In this document: one piece after another, positions 1-10,042 of the stretch
Numbering within the stretch: the stretch's first letter is position 1
Layout of the letters: every line of letters starts with the position of its first letter
Assembly (NCBI GenBank): GCA_000146045.2
Contig: BK006946.2
Span: forward strand, 32,001-96,000
Direction of reading: 5' to 3'
DNA from: TPA_inf: Saccharomyces
Taxonomy: Eukaryota
Length of the DNA: 64,000 nucleotides
The notes under the pieces: model-generated
The model's database searches: none
Seen by the model: only the letters and a program-made list of their open reading frames with translations
What the model was told of the DNA's origin: nothing
Program-made: the position numbers and the translations under genes

Positions 1-333
1 CACTTTATTTCAATATTATCATGCAGTAAACAAGTTGCAGAATAATAAATAATATACGTACCAAATATGTGAACAACTCAGATACTATTCATTTGATATG
101 TTAAAAGTCCTGCATTCCTCTCCCGACATTATATATAAAATGCTCAGCCACCCCTTCGTTGCACAGAAAAAAAGGATGACCTATAATACCAATATTCAAT
201 CACAATAGTTATACCAAACTAACACATGGTTGAAGCAGACTACTTACTATCGTGGAGTTAGCTCACTGAAAATTTAATATTTACAGCATTAAACAGTTTT
301 TTCTTTTGTTTTGTCTCCTACATTAATTTCAAT

Positions 334-1851
334 ATGGATAGCCAAGTAGAAGGCAAAATATCCCCCTCACAGAAGGAGTCCTCCTCCACCTCAGGCCTCG
401 TTTCACCTAGTGAAGATGGCCCAGCACATCAAAAAATACACAGAGACCAATTAAGTGTGGATCAAATCAAGAAAATCAGAGAAGAACGTGCTCAGAAGAG
501 ACAGGTACGTAGGAACTCTCTAATATCCCAAGGGAAGGACCCTGACTTCCCAACGCCTGACTTACAATTCATTGAAAGACCATTCCTCCCTATCAACCAT
601 GATAATTCGAAAGGTCTTACGCCAGCGACCATACAAGTCACCCAAGATTCATTGGACGTTAAAATAATGACCTATAATACTCTAGCACAAACCTTGATTA
701 GGAGAGATTTTTTCCCAGAAAGTGGACCAGCGTTAAAGTGGCATAAGAGATCAAAAGTTTTGGTCCACGAATTGAAAAAGTACAGGCCTGATGTAGTATC
801 GTTGCAGGAGGTCGATTACAATGAACTCAACTTCTGGCAGGAGAATTTCCATAAGTTAGGGTTTGATGTGATTTTCAAAAGGCATGAAGGGAAAACTCAT
901 GGACTACTAGTTGCATGGAACAATAAAAAATTCCAGTTAGATAATGATTGGATGCTGGACTACGATAATATATTGGCGGGAAATGTCATTTCAGCAAGAA
1001 CAAGAACTAAAAATATTGCCCTTATTATATCGCTATATTTCAAGGGTATAACAGATTCATCATCAAGAGGAATTATCGTCGCAAATACACACCTATTTTG
1101 GCATCCCTTTGGGGTATTTGAAAGATTAAGGCAATCTTACTTGGTTTTACAAAAGATCCAGGAAATTAAAGCATGTTCCAAATATAATGGCTGGCATAGC
1201 CTACTGATGGGTGATTTCAATACCGAACCTGAAGAGCCACCGTACTTGGCCATAACGAAAAGACCACTGATATTAAAAGGCCCAATAAGAGCTATGGTGG
1301 AATGCTCACTAGCGTATCGGTATTCAAAAAAAAGGAATGGAGAAGAAAGTGACCAGGATGATGAAGAGTGTGATGAAAAGTCTAGGGGCGAAGGCCATTC
1401 AGATCAACCACAAAACCCAAAACCAGAGAGCTTTACAGCCACAAAGGAAGAAAAGGCTCTGGTAAATCAATTAGTTGCGTTGCATAATTCACTACATGTG
1501 AAAGGCGTATCTTTGTATGGGATTGGCTACGGTAAAGTGCATCCTGAAAATGCTAACGGAAGCCACGGCGAACCGGGACTCTCAAACTGGGCCAATACAT
1601 GGTGTGGATTATTAGACTACATATTTTATATCGAGGGTGATCATAATCAGGACACGCGTCAGAAAGAGCCTCTGAATGCTTTTGAAGGAAATAACAACGT
1701 AAAAATAATCGGATATCTGAGGATGCCGTGCGCACAAGAAATGCCCAAACACTCCCAACCTTTCGAGGGAGAATATGCTAGTGATCACATTTCCCTAATG
1801 TGCCAAATACGCTTGTTTTTTGGGGGGGAGAAAGTGCATAGCTTAAAATAA
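334..1851 (+). CDS. NGL3: CCR4-family endonuclease/exonuclease/phosphatase (EEP) protein, putative 3'-5' poly(A) RNase
   Basis: Complete 505-aa ORF. EEP-family catalytic motif '...VVSLQEVD...' and Asp/His-rich C-terminal motifs ('ASDHISL'). Length and position match my recollection of YML118W. A TATA-like 'tatatataaaa' lies at 131–141. Confidence 0.9.
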   Translation: MDSQVEGKISPSQKESSSTSGLVSPSEDGPAHQKIHRDQLSVDQIKKIREERAQKRQVRRNSLISQGKDPDFPTPDLQFIERPFLPINHDNSKGLTPATIQVTQDSLDVKIMTYNTLAQTLIRRDFFPESGPALKWHKRSKVLVHELKKYRPDVVSLQEVDYNELNFWQENFHKLGFDVIFKRHEGKTHGLLVAWNNKKFQLDNDWMLDYDNILAGNVISARTRTKNIALIISLYFKGITDSSSRGIIVANTHLFWHPFGVFERLRQSYLVLQKIQEIKACSKYNGWHSLLMGDFNTEPEEPPYLAITKRPLILKGPIRAMVECSLAYRYSKKRNGEESDQDDEECDEKSRGEGHSDQPQNPKPESFTATKEEKALVNQLVALHNSLHVKGVSLYGIGYGKVHPENANGSHGEPGLSNWANTWCGLLDYIFYIEGDHNQDTRQKEPLNAFEGNNNVKIIGYLRMPCAQEMPKHSQPFEGEYASDHISLMCQIRLFFGGEKVHSLK

Positions 1852-2242
1852 AGAAACAATATATATAAACAACCTACATTTGTGTTTGAAAGACAGTAAT
1901 CAACGCTTCGATGGTCACTGGGATTTTTCTTTCAATTTAGCGTCACTTTCACCTTATTCACAGCTTTTACGTGCTATTTTTGGTCACCCTTCCCCTTTCG
2001 TTGCGCCTCAACGGGCTAAAAAAAAAAAAATAAAATCAAGCATAGAAACACCACAACAAACCTGCCCTTTTTCCTTGTTTCAGGTTACGTGAAAAGCATC
2101 CAGAGAAGATATCCCAAAGACTGAAGAGGTGTAGTTGGCTCATTCACGTCGTTCGTTTATATTATCAAGGAAGGGGTTTTTGATCGGCTCGAACAAGACT
2201 CGCAAGAATCCGTTTTCTATTGTTTTTTTTGAGGATTCCAAT

Positions 2243-5200
2243 ATGTCAAATTCCAATTCAAAAAAACCTGTTGCGAATTACGCATACCGTCAACAGCAAG
2301 ATTATAATGGGATGAACGCCATGGTGGGAAATCCAATGATGTATCATCCTGTTGATTTCGTAAACGGTGCCGGCCAATATGGTCCTTCTCAACACCCAGC
2401 ATATTACACCAACTCACCATTACCTAATATTCCACCAACACCTTTTGATACTGCATACGGTGCCAGTCTTTTTCCATCTCACCTATTGATGGGATCTCCA
2501 TTTGTTTCCTCGCCTAACATGCAAAGTGGCTATAATTCTGCAAGATCATCTAATCTCAAAAGAAAGGCTTATTCGAGGCCCGTTTCTAATCATAACGGTT
2601 ACAACGGAAACAGTAACAGTAACCAAAACAATACTAATAACGGAATGGTAACACCCTCGAACTATTATAGAATGGGGAGAAATTCTTTCTCGAGGAACAA
2701 CAACAGTACGAGGAATGTTACTCACAACAACAATAAGGGGTGCGACACCCGGAACAACAGTGGAAGAAGAACATTCGCAAGGAATAACATTTTCGACGAC
2801 ATACTTCCAGAAATGCTTTTACAAAGACCCTTTTGTATTAATTACAAGGTTCTACCGACTGGTGATGATGCTTATAGAACTAGGTCGCTGCTTATTGAAA
2901 ATGTGGATCATTCTATTGATTTACACTCTATAGTCAAAAATTTTGTCAAATCCAATACTCTGGAAAGTGCCTACTTAATTGAAGGAGGGAAGAGCGATGA
3001 TTCAAAAGATGTAGAGACTAAAAATCTATCCATTCTAATAAGCTTTCTAACCAAAGGCGACTGTTTGAACTTTTACAATAACATTTTACAAAGGTTATCT
3101 GAATTCAAAACATTTTTGAAATCTGAAGCACTAAATCTGAAATTTGTTTGTCTAAACTATGATCCCAAATGCCTCCCTACCTTTATTGAGAGTGAAGCGT
3201 TAACAGAAAACGCTGAAGAAGCCGACATTACCAATGGTTCAACAATGATCAGTGCTTCGCTGCATCATAATATAGCGAACAAAGATGCTACAAGGTCGAT
3301 TATAATTGAATTCAAAAGCCCCGTGGAGAAAAGCGATTTATTCAAAAAGAAATTACAATTTTTGGACAGGTCAAAAAACAAAAGATACATTTTGGAATCT
3401 ATCGATTTAGTGAACACAGATGTACCTTCCAATCAATTTCCTGAAAATTACGCCGTTTTAACCTTTTTGAATATCTCTATGGCTATTGAAGTTCTCGATT
3501 ATTTGAAAAAATACTCCAAAAACTTAGGCATTTCTAAATGTTTTTACGTATCCCTAGCCCCGTTGGTAGTTAGCTCAGCCAGATCTTCGGTTGCTAATAT
3601 TTACGAGGGTAAAACGAGCACACATCGTTTATCGGTGCCTTCTGTTACTGCTGGGAACAATAACGATAGCAACAACAACGGAAACAATAATAAAAGTAAT
3701 ATGAGTGGTATCACCACACTCAATAATAATAGTAGTATTGGTGTTTCCGTATACGGTCACTCTAATATGAGTTTAACCAGTCTGTCATCATCTGTATCTT
3801 TAAATGAAGAGATTGATATGCTTGCGACGAAACTTCAAGGGGTAGAACTTGATGGGACTTATTTAGAAATCAACTATCGCGACTATCAAACACCAACTAT
3901 TGAAGAACACTCTACTCACTTGAGCAATGTCAAAATTTCAAAGACAACAGAAAACTCTAGGCAATTTTCTCAAGATATCCCATCACCTTTGCCATTAAAT
4001 GAACATATGTTTATGAATGATTCTAATCAGTCCAATGGAGCGATAATACCTCAACAGTTAATAGCCACACCTTCTCCGGTATCCCCCAATTTGCAAATGA
4101 ATCAAAGGGTGTTGCCGAATCCAATAACTCAAAGTTTGGAGCAAAATTTCAACGTTTCGGCCAAAGTGGCATCATCCATGGGTTCAGACATAGGCAATAG
4201 AACAATTTATATAGGAAACATTAATCCAAGATCAAAGGCGGAGGATATCTGTAATGTCGTGCGTGGAGGAATCCTTCAGAGCATTAAGTACATACCGGAG
4301 AAGAAGATATGCTTTGTTACTTTCATCGAAGCTCCATCCGCTGTACAGTTCTATGCAAATTCATTTATTGATCCAATAGTGTTACATGGGAATATGTTGA
4401 GAGTTGGATGGGGGCATTATTCTGGTCCATTACCGAAATTAATCTCGTTGGCTGTTACGATCGGGGCAAGTAGGAATGTCTACGTAAGCCTACCAGAGTT
4501 TGCATTTAAGGAAAAGTTTATTCACGACCCTCAGTACAAAAAATTGCATGAAACACTATCTTTACCAGATGCGGAACAACTAAGAGAGGACTTTAGTACC
4601 TATGGTGATATTGAGCAGATTAACTATTTGAGTGATAGCCATTGCTGTTGGATAAATTTCATGAATATATCTTCTGCGATTAGTCTTGTTGAAGAAATGA
4701 ATAAGGAATCCACAGTACAAAATGAATCCGGTGAAGTGACGCTTAAAAGGGCGACTGAGGAAAAATTCGGTGGCCGTTATAAGGGCCTTCTGATAAACTA
4801 CGGCAAAGATCGTTGTGGCAATATAAACAAAAATTTGATAGCAGGTAAAAATTCAAGATTCTATAAGAAAGTTAAAAGACCGAGCTATAATATACGTTTG
4901 AGTAAGTTGGAAGAAAAGAGGAGGCAGAATGAAATCGATGAAAAGGAAAAGGCTTTTGATAAACCCTTGAACTTGGAATCCCTAGGAATTAGTCTGGACG
5001 CACATAAGGACAACGGCGGTGGTGAAACAGGAACTGCAAATAATACTGGGCATGAAAATGAAAGTGAACTAGAGGCTGAAAATGAAAACGGTAATGAGAC
5101 TGGAAGTTTCGGTGGACTGGGTCTCGCTGTGGCGAGCTCTGACGTCAAACGTGCGACATCGGATGAAACTGATTATGAAGATATATTTAACAAGTCATCG

Positions 5201-5647
5201 GGATCTTCCGACTCGTCATCAGACGTCGAGGTCATTATGCACTCCCCGAGCGATCCTGAATACGCTTTAAAATCACAAACTCTAAGAAGCTCGAGTCAGA
5301 CCGTCATTAATAGTAAGAGACCAGTAAAGATAGAAGACGAGGAAGAAGCCGTAGGAATGTCACAGCTCAATTATAGGTCGTCATTAAGACAAGCTCCTCC
5401 AAGAGCTCCCTCAACTTTGTCATATAATCACTCGAAGAACAACGAAACGCCAATGCAAGATATTTTCACAAATGGCGAAACAGCAAATAACAGAAAGAAG
5501 AAGAGAGGATCTTTTGCAAGGCATAGAACGATACCAGGATCTGACGTCATGGCCCAATACCTTGCACAAGTGCAACATTCGACATTTATGTATGCAGCCA
5601 ATATTTTGGGCGCCTCTGCGGAAGACAACACGCATCCTGACGAGTAG
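2243..5647 (+). CDS. NAB6: RRM-type poly(A)+ RNA-binding protein with long N/Q/S-rich low-complexity N-terminus
   Basis: The ORF is open from 2135 (1170 aa). The recalled 1134-aa product starts at the internal Met (MSNSNSKKP...) at 2243. The protein has Asn/Ser-rich tracts followed by RRM-like segments. It follows NGL3 as YML117W does. Confidence 0.85.
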   Translation: MSNSNSKKPVANYAYRQQQDYNGMNAMVGNPMMYHPVDFVNGAGQYGPSQHPAYYTNSPLPNIPPTPFDTAYGASLFPSHLLMGSPFVSSPNMQSGYNSARSSNLKRKAYSRPVSNHNGYNGNSNSNQNNTNNGMVTPSNYYRMGRNSFSRNNNSTRNVTHNNNKGCDTRNNSGRRTFARNNIFDDILPEMLLQRPFCINYKVLPTGDDAYRTRSLLIENVDHSIDLHSIVKNFVKSNTLESAYLIEGGKSDDSKDVETKNLSILISFLTKGDCLNFYNNILQRLSEFKTFLKSEALNLKFVCLNYDPKCLPTFIESEALTENAEEADITNGSTMISASLHHNIANKDATRSIIIEFKSPVEKSDLFKKKLQFLDRSKNKRYILESIDLVNTDVPSNQFPENYAVLTFLNISMAIEVLDYLKKYSKNLGISKCFYVSLAPLVVSSARSSVANIYEGKTSTHRLSVPSVTAGNNNDSNNNGNNNKSNMSGITTLNNNSSIGVSVYGHSNMSLTSLSSSVSLNEEIDMLATKLQGVELDGTYLEINYRDYQTPTIEEHSTHLSNVKISKTTENSRQFSQDIPSPLPLNEHMFMNDSNQSNGAIIPQQLIATPSPVSPNLQMNQRVLPNPITQSLEQNFNVSAKVASSMGSDIGNRTIYIGNINPRSKAEDICNVVRGGILQSIKYIPEKKICFVTFIEAPSAVQFYANSFIDPIVLHGNMLRVGWGHYSGPLPKLISLAVTIGASRNVYVSLPEFAFKEKFIHDPQYKKLHETLSLPDAEQLREDFSTYGDIEQINYLSDSHCCWINFMNISSAISLVEEMNKESTVQNESGEVTLKRATEEKFGGRYKGLLINYGKDRCGNINKNLIAGKNSRFYKKVKRPSYNIRLSKLEEKRRQNEIDEKEKAFDKPLNLESLGISLDAHKDNGGGETGTANNTGHENESELEAENENGNETGSFGGLGLAVASSDVKRATSDETDYEDIFNKSSGSSDSSSDVEVIMHSPSDPEYALKSQTLRSSSQTVINSKRPVKIEDEEEAVGMSQLNYRSSLRQAPPRAPSTLSYNHSKNNETPMQDIFTNGETANNRKKKRGSFARHRTIPGSDVMAQYLAQVQHSTFMYAANILGASAEDNTHPDE

Positions 5648-5848
5648 TATAGCTGTGCTGAGCCTGAAGTATAATGCATATCCATCGGACTATTTAGACA
5701 AAGCCCAAGGAAGCCTAAGGCGGCCTGCCAAGGTGTTTCTCCCTTTTTTTCTCCGATTTCTTTGTATAAACTAAATAATATAGTGATTACTAATGGAATG
5801 GCGGTATTATGCACCTAACCTGTTCATTCTGCCACAGATTACGTAAGC

Positions 5849-5963
5849 GATTTATTGCCGGCACTTGTTGTCTTAATGACCGAGTCACCAATGTGGAACG
5901 ATAATTTTCTCTGACTCAAACCTGTTAATTTTTTTCTACTTCGTTTCGTTAGCGACGACGTCA
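5849..5963. promoter_or_regulatory. ATR1 upstream elements: Yap/CRE-type palindrome TTACGTAA, two Gcn4 GCRE cores (GAGTCA, TGACTCA), and a CRE-like GACGTCA
   Basis: TTACGTAA at 5849–5856, GAGTCA at 5882–5887, TGACTCA at 5912–5918 and GACGTCA at 5957–5963. A TATA-like 'tatataaaag' is at about 6036–6045. These lie 230–350 bp upstream of the ATR1 ATG. ATR1 is known to respond to Gcn4 (aminotriazole) and Yap1. Confidence 0.7.
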
Positions 5964-6195
5964 AGCCGCAGGATCCTGTCTGCCTTGACCTCTTCTCTAC
6001 CTTCAGAACTTACACTTTTCAGGTAAGATGACCTTTATATAAAAGTTGACACTATTACAGTTGTTTATAAACGTCTGAAGAATGAGACGTTTTTATAAAA
6101 TGAATAAAATGCATATTCTAAGTTTAAAACAACATTTTCAAAGTGTACGATTGTAAAAAGAGAGGCAATTAGAGAATCTCAAACAGGTAATAATA

Positions 6196-7824
6196 ATGGG
6201 CAATCAGTCATTAGTTGTGCTTACGGAAAGTAAGGGTGAGTATGAGAATGAGACAGAACTACCTGTTAAAAAATCGTCACGAGATAATAATATCGGAGAA
6301 TCTTTAACAGCAACAGCTTTTACGCAGTCTGAAGATGAAATGGTAGATAGCAATCAGAAATGGCAGAACCCAAACTATTTTAAATATGCATGGCAAGAAT
6401 ATCTTTTTATATTCACATGCATGATAAGTCAGCTTCTAAATCAAGCAGGCACTACACAGACTCTTTCGATCATGAATATTCTTTCGGACAGTTTTGGCTC
6501 AGAAGGAAACTCAAAGTCATGGCTGATGGCATCTTTTCCGCTAGTTTCAGGCTCATTTATTTTGATTAGTGGCAGACTAGGTGACATATACGGATTAAAA
6601 AAAATGTTGTTAGTAGGATATGTTCTGGTTATTATATGGTCTTTGATTTGTGGGATTACCAAGTATTCTGGTAGCGATACTTTTTTTATTATTAGTAGAG
6701 CCTTCCAAGGGCTAGGGATTGCATTTGTTTTACCTAATGTGCTGGGAATAATTGGTAATATATATGTAGGTGGTACTTTTCGTAAAAACATCGTGATTAG
6801 TTTTGTTGGTGCGATGGCCCCTATTGGAGCAACTTTAGGTTGTCTTTTTGCAGGACTGATCGGTACCGAGGACCCAAAACAATGGCCATGGGCATTCTAC
6901 GCGTATAGCATAGCCGCTTTCATTAATTTTGTGCTCTCCATATATGCCATTCCGAGTACTATACCAACAAATATTCATCATTTTTCTATGGATTGGATTG
7001 GTTCTGTTTTGGGCGTGATAGGTCTCATTTTATTAAATTTTGTGTGGAACCAAGCTCCTATATCGGGTTGGAACCAGGCTTACATCATCGTAATTTTAAT
7101 CATTTCTGTGATTTTTCTTGTCGTTTTCATCATTTATGAGATTCGATTTGCCAAGACTCCACTATTGCCGCGCGCAGTTATAAAGGATCGTCATATGATT
7201 CAAATTATGCTGGCTTTATTCTTTGGATGGGGCTCTTTTGGCATCTTTACGTTTTATTATTTCCAATTTCAATTAAATATAAGGCAGTACACGGCATTAT
7301 GGGCTGGTGGAACTTACTTTATGTTTTTAATTTGGGGTATTATTGCCGCCTTACTGGTAGGATTTACTATCAAGAATGTGTCTCCATCAGTGTTTTTGTT
7401 CTTTTCTATGGTAGCATTCAATGTGGGCTCAATAATGGCAAGTGTTACACCGGTTCACGAGACATACTTTCGTACTCAGTTAGGAACGATGATAATTTTA
7501 AGTTTTGGGATGGATCTTTCATTTCCTGCTTCTTCCATTATCTTTAGTGATAATTTACCGATGGAGTACCAAGGCATGGCTGGGTCATTGGTGAATACTG
7601 TTGTCAATTACTCCATGTCCTTGTGTCTCGGTATGGGTGCCACAGTAGAGACACAGGTCAATTCAGACGGAAAGCATCTTTTGAAAGGCTATAGAGGTGC
7701 TCAGTACCTTGGGATAGGATTGGCAAGTTTAGCATGCATGATTAGCGGGCTTTACATGGTCGAAAGCTTCATAAAAGGCCGCAGGGCAAGAGCTGCTGCA
7801 GAATACGATTGCACTGTGGCTTAG
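6196..7824 (+). CDS. ATR1: MFS (DHA2, 14-TMS) multidrug/aminotriazole/boron efflux transporter
   Basis: 542-aa ORF. It has multiple hydrophobic helices and MFS motifs (GRLGDIYGLKKM). The length matches ATR1 exactly. The upstream region carries Gcn4 and Yap-type elements, listed separately. Confidence 0.92.
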   Translation: MGNQSLVVLTESKGEYENETELPVKKSSRDNNIGESLTATAFTQSEDEMVDSNQKWQNPNYFKYAWQEYLFIFTCMISQLLNQAGTTQTLSIMNILSDSFGSEGNSKSWLMASFPLVSGSFILISGRLGDIYGLKKMLLVGYVLVIIWSLICGITKYSGSDTFFIISRAFQGLGIAFVLPNVLGIIGNIYVGGTFRKNIVISFVGAMAPIGATLGCLFAGLIGTEDPKQWPWAFYAYSIAAFINFVLSIYAIPSTIPTNIHHFSMDWIGSVLGVIGLILLNFVWNQAPISGWNQAYIIVILIISVIFLVVFIIYEIRFAKTPLLPRAVIKDRHMIQIMLALFFGWGSFGIFTFYYFQFQLNIRQYTALWAGGTYFMFLIWGIIAALLVGFTIKNVSPSVFLFFSMVAFNVGSIMASVTPVHETYFRTQLGTMIILSFGMDLSFPASSIIFSDNLPMEYQGMAGSLVNTVVNYSMSLCLGMGATVETQVNSDGKHLLKGYRGAQYLGIGLASLACMISGLYMVESFIKGRRARAAAEYDCTVA

Positions 7825-8186
7825 CGGAAAGCGGTTATTAAGGTAAATAGATAGAAATACACCGCTGTCATGCGATTATATAGACATGGGGCATTTAGAC
7901 ACTGAAAGTCTTCATATCTCAACATGCAACTAGTAATAGTACAATTTTTAGTACCCTTTAATCTTTATTGTTCGCTCCCTAATAACGAAGCCTTGAACTG
8001 TAACCAGATCCCAGGTTACCCCTTATCCTTAAGAGGTCTTTTATTTACTCTACATAATATATATTTTTCAATCCATTGAAGAGGATTAAAAGAAGAAAAA
8101 TCAATACCGAACAAAAAAACAAAACGAAATAAAACAAAACAAAAAATTAAATTAAATTAAATTAATATTAAATGTCATCATGATTC

Positions 8187-9794
8187 TTACTCTGATTGTC
8201 TTCTCTTCTCTCTTTCCCTTGACGCAATTTCCTTCAAATCGTCATCGCTCGGTTCATAAATATGCCAAATAGTATAATGCGGTAAACCACCAACCCTGTA
8301 CCCCATTTTCTTTGCCATTTTACCAAATGCTTCTGTTTCTGCATGATTTTCAAAAGTAAATGCAGGAAACTGTACCCCGTTTCTAAATATTTTGGCCTTC
8401 GCCAAAATAGAAACTCCCCCTACACCGTCCAAGTCCACCGCTTCATTTGGATCACCTTCTGCATCTCTGATATAGGCTAAGTGAACTCTCCACGTAGGAT
8501 ATTCTGCATAGCCTTCTACAATAACATCATCTTCGTCAAGAGTCTTTGCCAATGCTAGTGCCTCCTGAGATTCCATCCAAGAATTCAAATCATATGGTTG
8601 TTCAGTTCCCAAAAATGTAGGTAGTGGTCTCCAAACGTTAGGGACGATAACATCGTAGTTTTTGCTCATCAAATCTTGAATGACTGAACCAGGGCACAGC
8701 TCTACATCAGCATCTCTCCAATAAACCCATGAGTGGTAAGGTTTCAAAGCATTGGCAGTTAACCAATTTCTTGCCCTCCCCATTAGTTTTCGTCTTATAC
8801 CTTGAACCTTAACGGCATGTCTGTCACTAAAACCTTGTCCAATTACTTGGCCAAAATCCTTTTGGAAAATTTGTACTGATCTAAATGGCTTGTCATAATT
8901 TTCATGGAATGGTGGTGAAAATGCCTGGTGGACACGGTTGATATAACCTTCGTCCATATATTTAAGATATAATTTATCGGTGCCTTTTGTTTGCGAATCA
9001 ATGACAGCGTCAATCTCTTGAAAAATCTGAGACAACGTGCCATTTTGTAAGTGCCTAGAATACGCTATTAAAGCATCCAACGTAGTGTCACCTTCTGAGC
9101 AATCACTGACTAAAAAGGCCAGATCAATCAGCTCGTGTGGATAGGTTAGGTTCATTAAATGCTTGAACATTAATGGCAATACATCCGCAGCGTTTCTTAG
9201 TGGAATGCATAAAAGAATGTGATCACGTGTTTCCAATCCATTCGGAGCACCTTCAAAATTCGACAGGTCGTACTCCTCAACAGTGGAATCAAAAAGCATG
9301 TTGAGTTCCCTTTGGTATTTTTCATCATCCTTGGGAGTCAACACTTCTGAACCAAATTGTGATATTAGATAATGTTGCACACCATCATCAAATTTTGAAA
9401 TCACTTCAGGATCGATATCCTCAAAATCATAGTCGTAATATTCTTCATCTTCTAGGTCGATAGTCTTGTAATTTTCGGAGGATTTTGAGGAACCCAACAA
9501 CGACCTACCATTTTGCGTGGATACACCAATGCCCATTCCGGAGAGAAATGATATAAAGAGATATAACGACAGAACGGCGATAATAATAAGAGATGTGATA
9601 CTCACCGTAAGCTGGAATTTAGACGGTGTGGAGCGCGGCTGGTACCTGTATTTGCCCTTTAATGAGTTGGAGTTATGCTCTGAGCGTTTGTCCTTGATGT
9701 TGTTCGAGCTACCGTTCCTTGAAATGGGCAGGCTTAGTCCATTGTCCATGGCTTTCTTCTTTATATTTGACCTTAAATTAAAAAACATGCCCAT
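8187..9794 (-). CDS. VAN1: Golgi mannan polymerase I subunit (Anp1/Van1 family type-II membrane mannosyltransferase)
   Basis: 535-aa ORF. It has a single N-proximal transmembrane segment (LIIIAVLSLYLFISFL) after a basic cytosolic tail, then a luminal domain. The length equals VAN1. Confidence 0.9.
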   Translation of the reverse strand: MGMFFNLRSNIKKKAMDNGLSLPISRNGSSNNIKDKRSEHNSNSLKGKYRYQPRSTPSKFQLTVSITSLIIIAVLSLYLFISFLSGMGIGVSTQNGRSLLGSSKSSENYKTIDLEDEEYYDYDFEDIDPEVISKFDDGVQHYLISQFGSEVLTPKDDEKYQRELNMLFDSTVEEYDLSNFEGAPNGLETRDHILLCIPLRNAADVLPLMFKHLMNLTYPHELIDLAFLVSDCSEGDTTLDALIAYSRHLQNGTLSQIFQEIDAVIDSQTKGTDKLYLKYMDEGYINRVHQAFSPPFHENYDKPFRSVQIFQKDFGQVIGQGFSDRHAVKVQGIRRKLMGRARNWLTANALKPYHSWVYWRDADVELCPGSVIQDLMSKNYDVIVPNVWRPLPTFLGTEQPYDLNSWMESQEALALAKTLDEDDVIVEGYAEYPTWRVHLAYIRDAEGDPNEAVDLDGVGGVSILAKAKIFRNGVQFPAFTFENHAETEAFGKMAKKMGYRVGGLPHYTIWHIYEPSDDDLKEIASREREKRRQSE

Positions 9795-9950
9795 TTTTTT
9801 GTGTTAATTGGTAGGTCAACAAGCTCAAATGACTGTTACTGCACCCTTACGTCTACTTCTTTCACGTTACCATTTACTAATTTACAAGACGTAAACTTTC
9901 TTTGATTCTAAATATTTCAAGCCTTGTTTCGGTATAGTCGCCGAAGAACG

Positions 9951-9970
9951 AAAAAAAAAAAAAAAAAAAA
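9951..9970. promoter_or_regulatory. Perfect 20-bp poly(dA:dT) tract in the VAN1 promoter / TAF8 3' region
   Basis: A20 at 9951–9970, about 157 bp upstream of the VAN1 ATG (minus strand). Tracts of this length are intrinsic nucleosome-excluding elements in yeast promoters. Confidence 0.7.
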
Positions 9971-10042
9971 TTCCTCTCCGGAGATAAATTGAATACGTAT
10001 TATTATATTAGGGACAAACACTGGTTCACTGAAAGCAGTTGT

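Noticed and set aside
8138-8170. Short AT-rich tandem repeats: (AAATT)4 just beyond the VAN1 stop, and (TATTAATA)3/(ACATAT)3 at about 25795–25845 between URA5 and SEC65
   Set aside because: These are real but tiny (under 40 bp) low-complexity terminator-region repeats, typical of yeast 3' regions and not indicative of any element.
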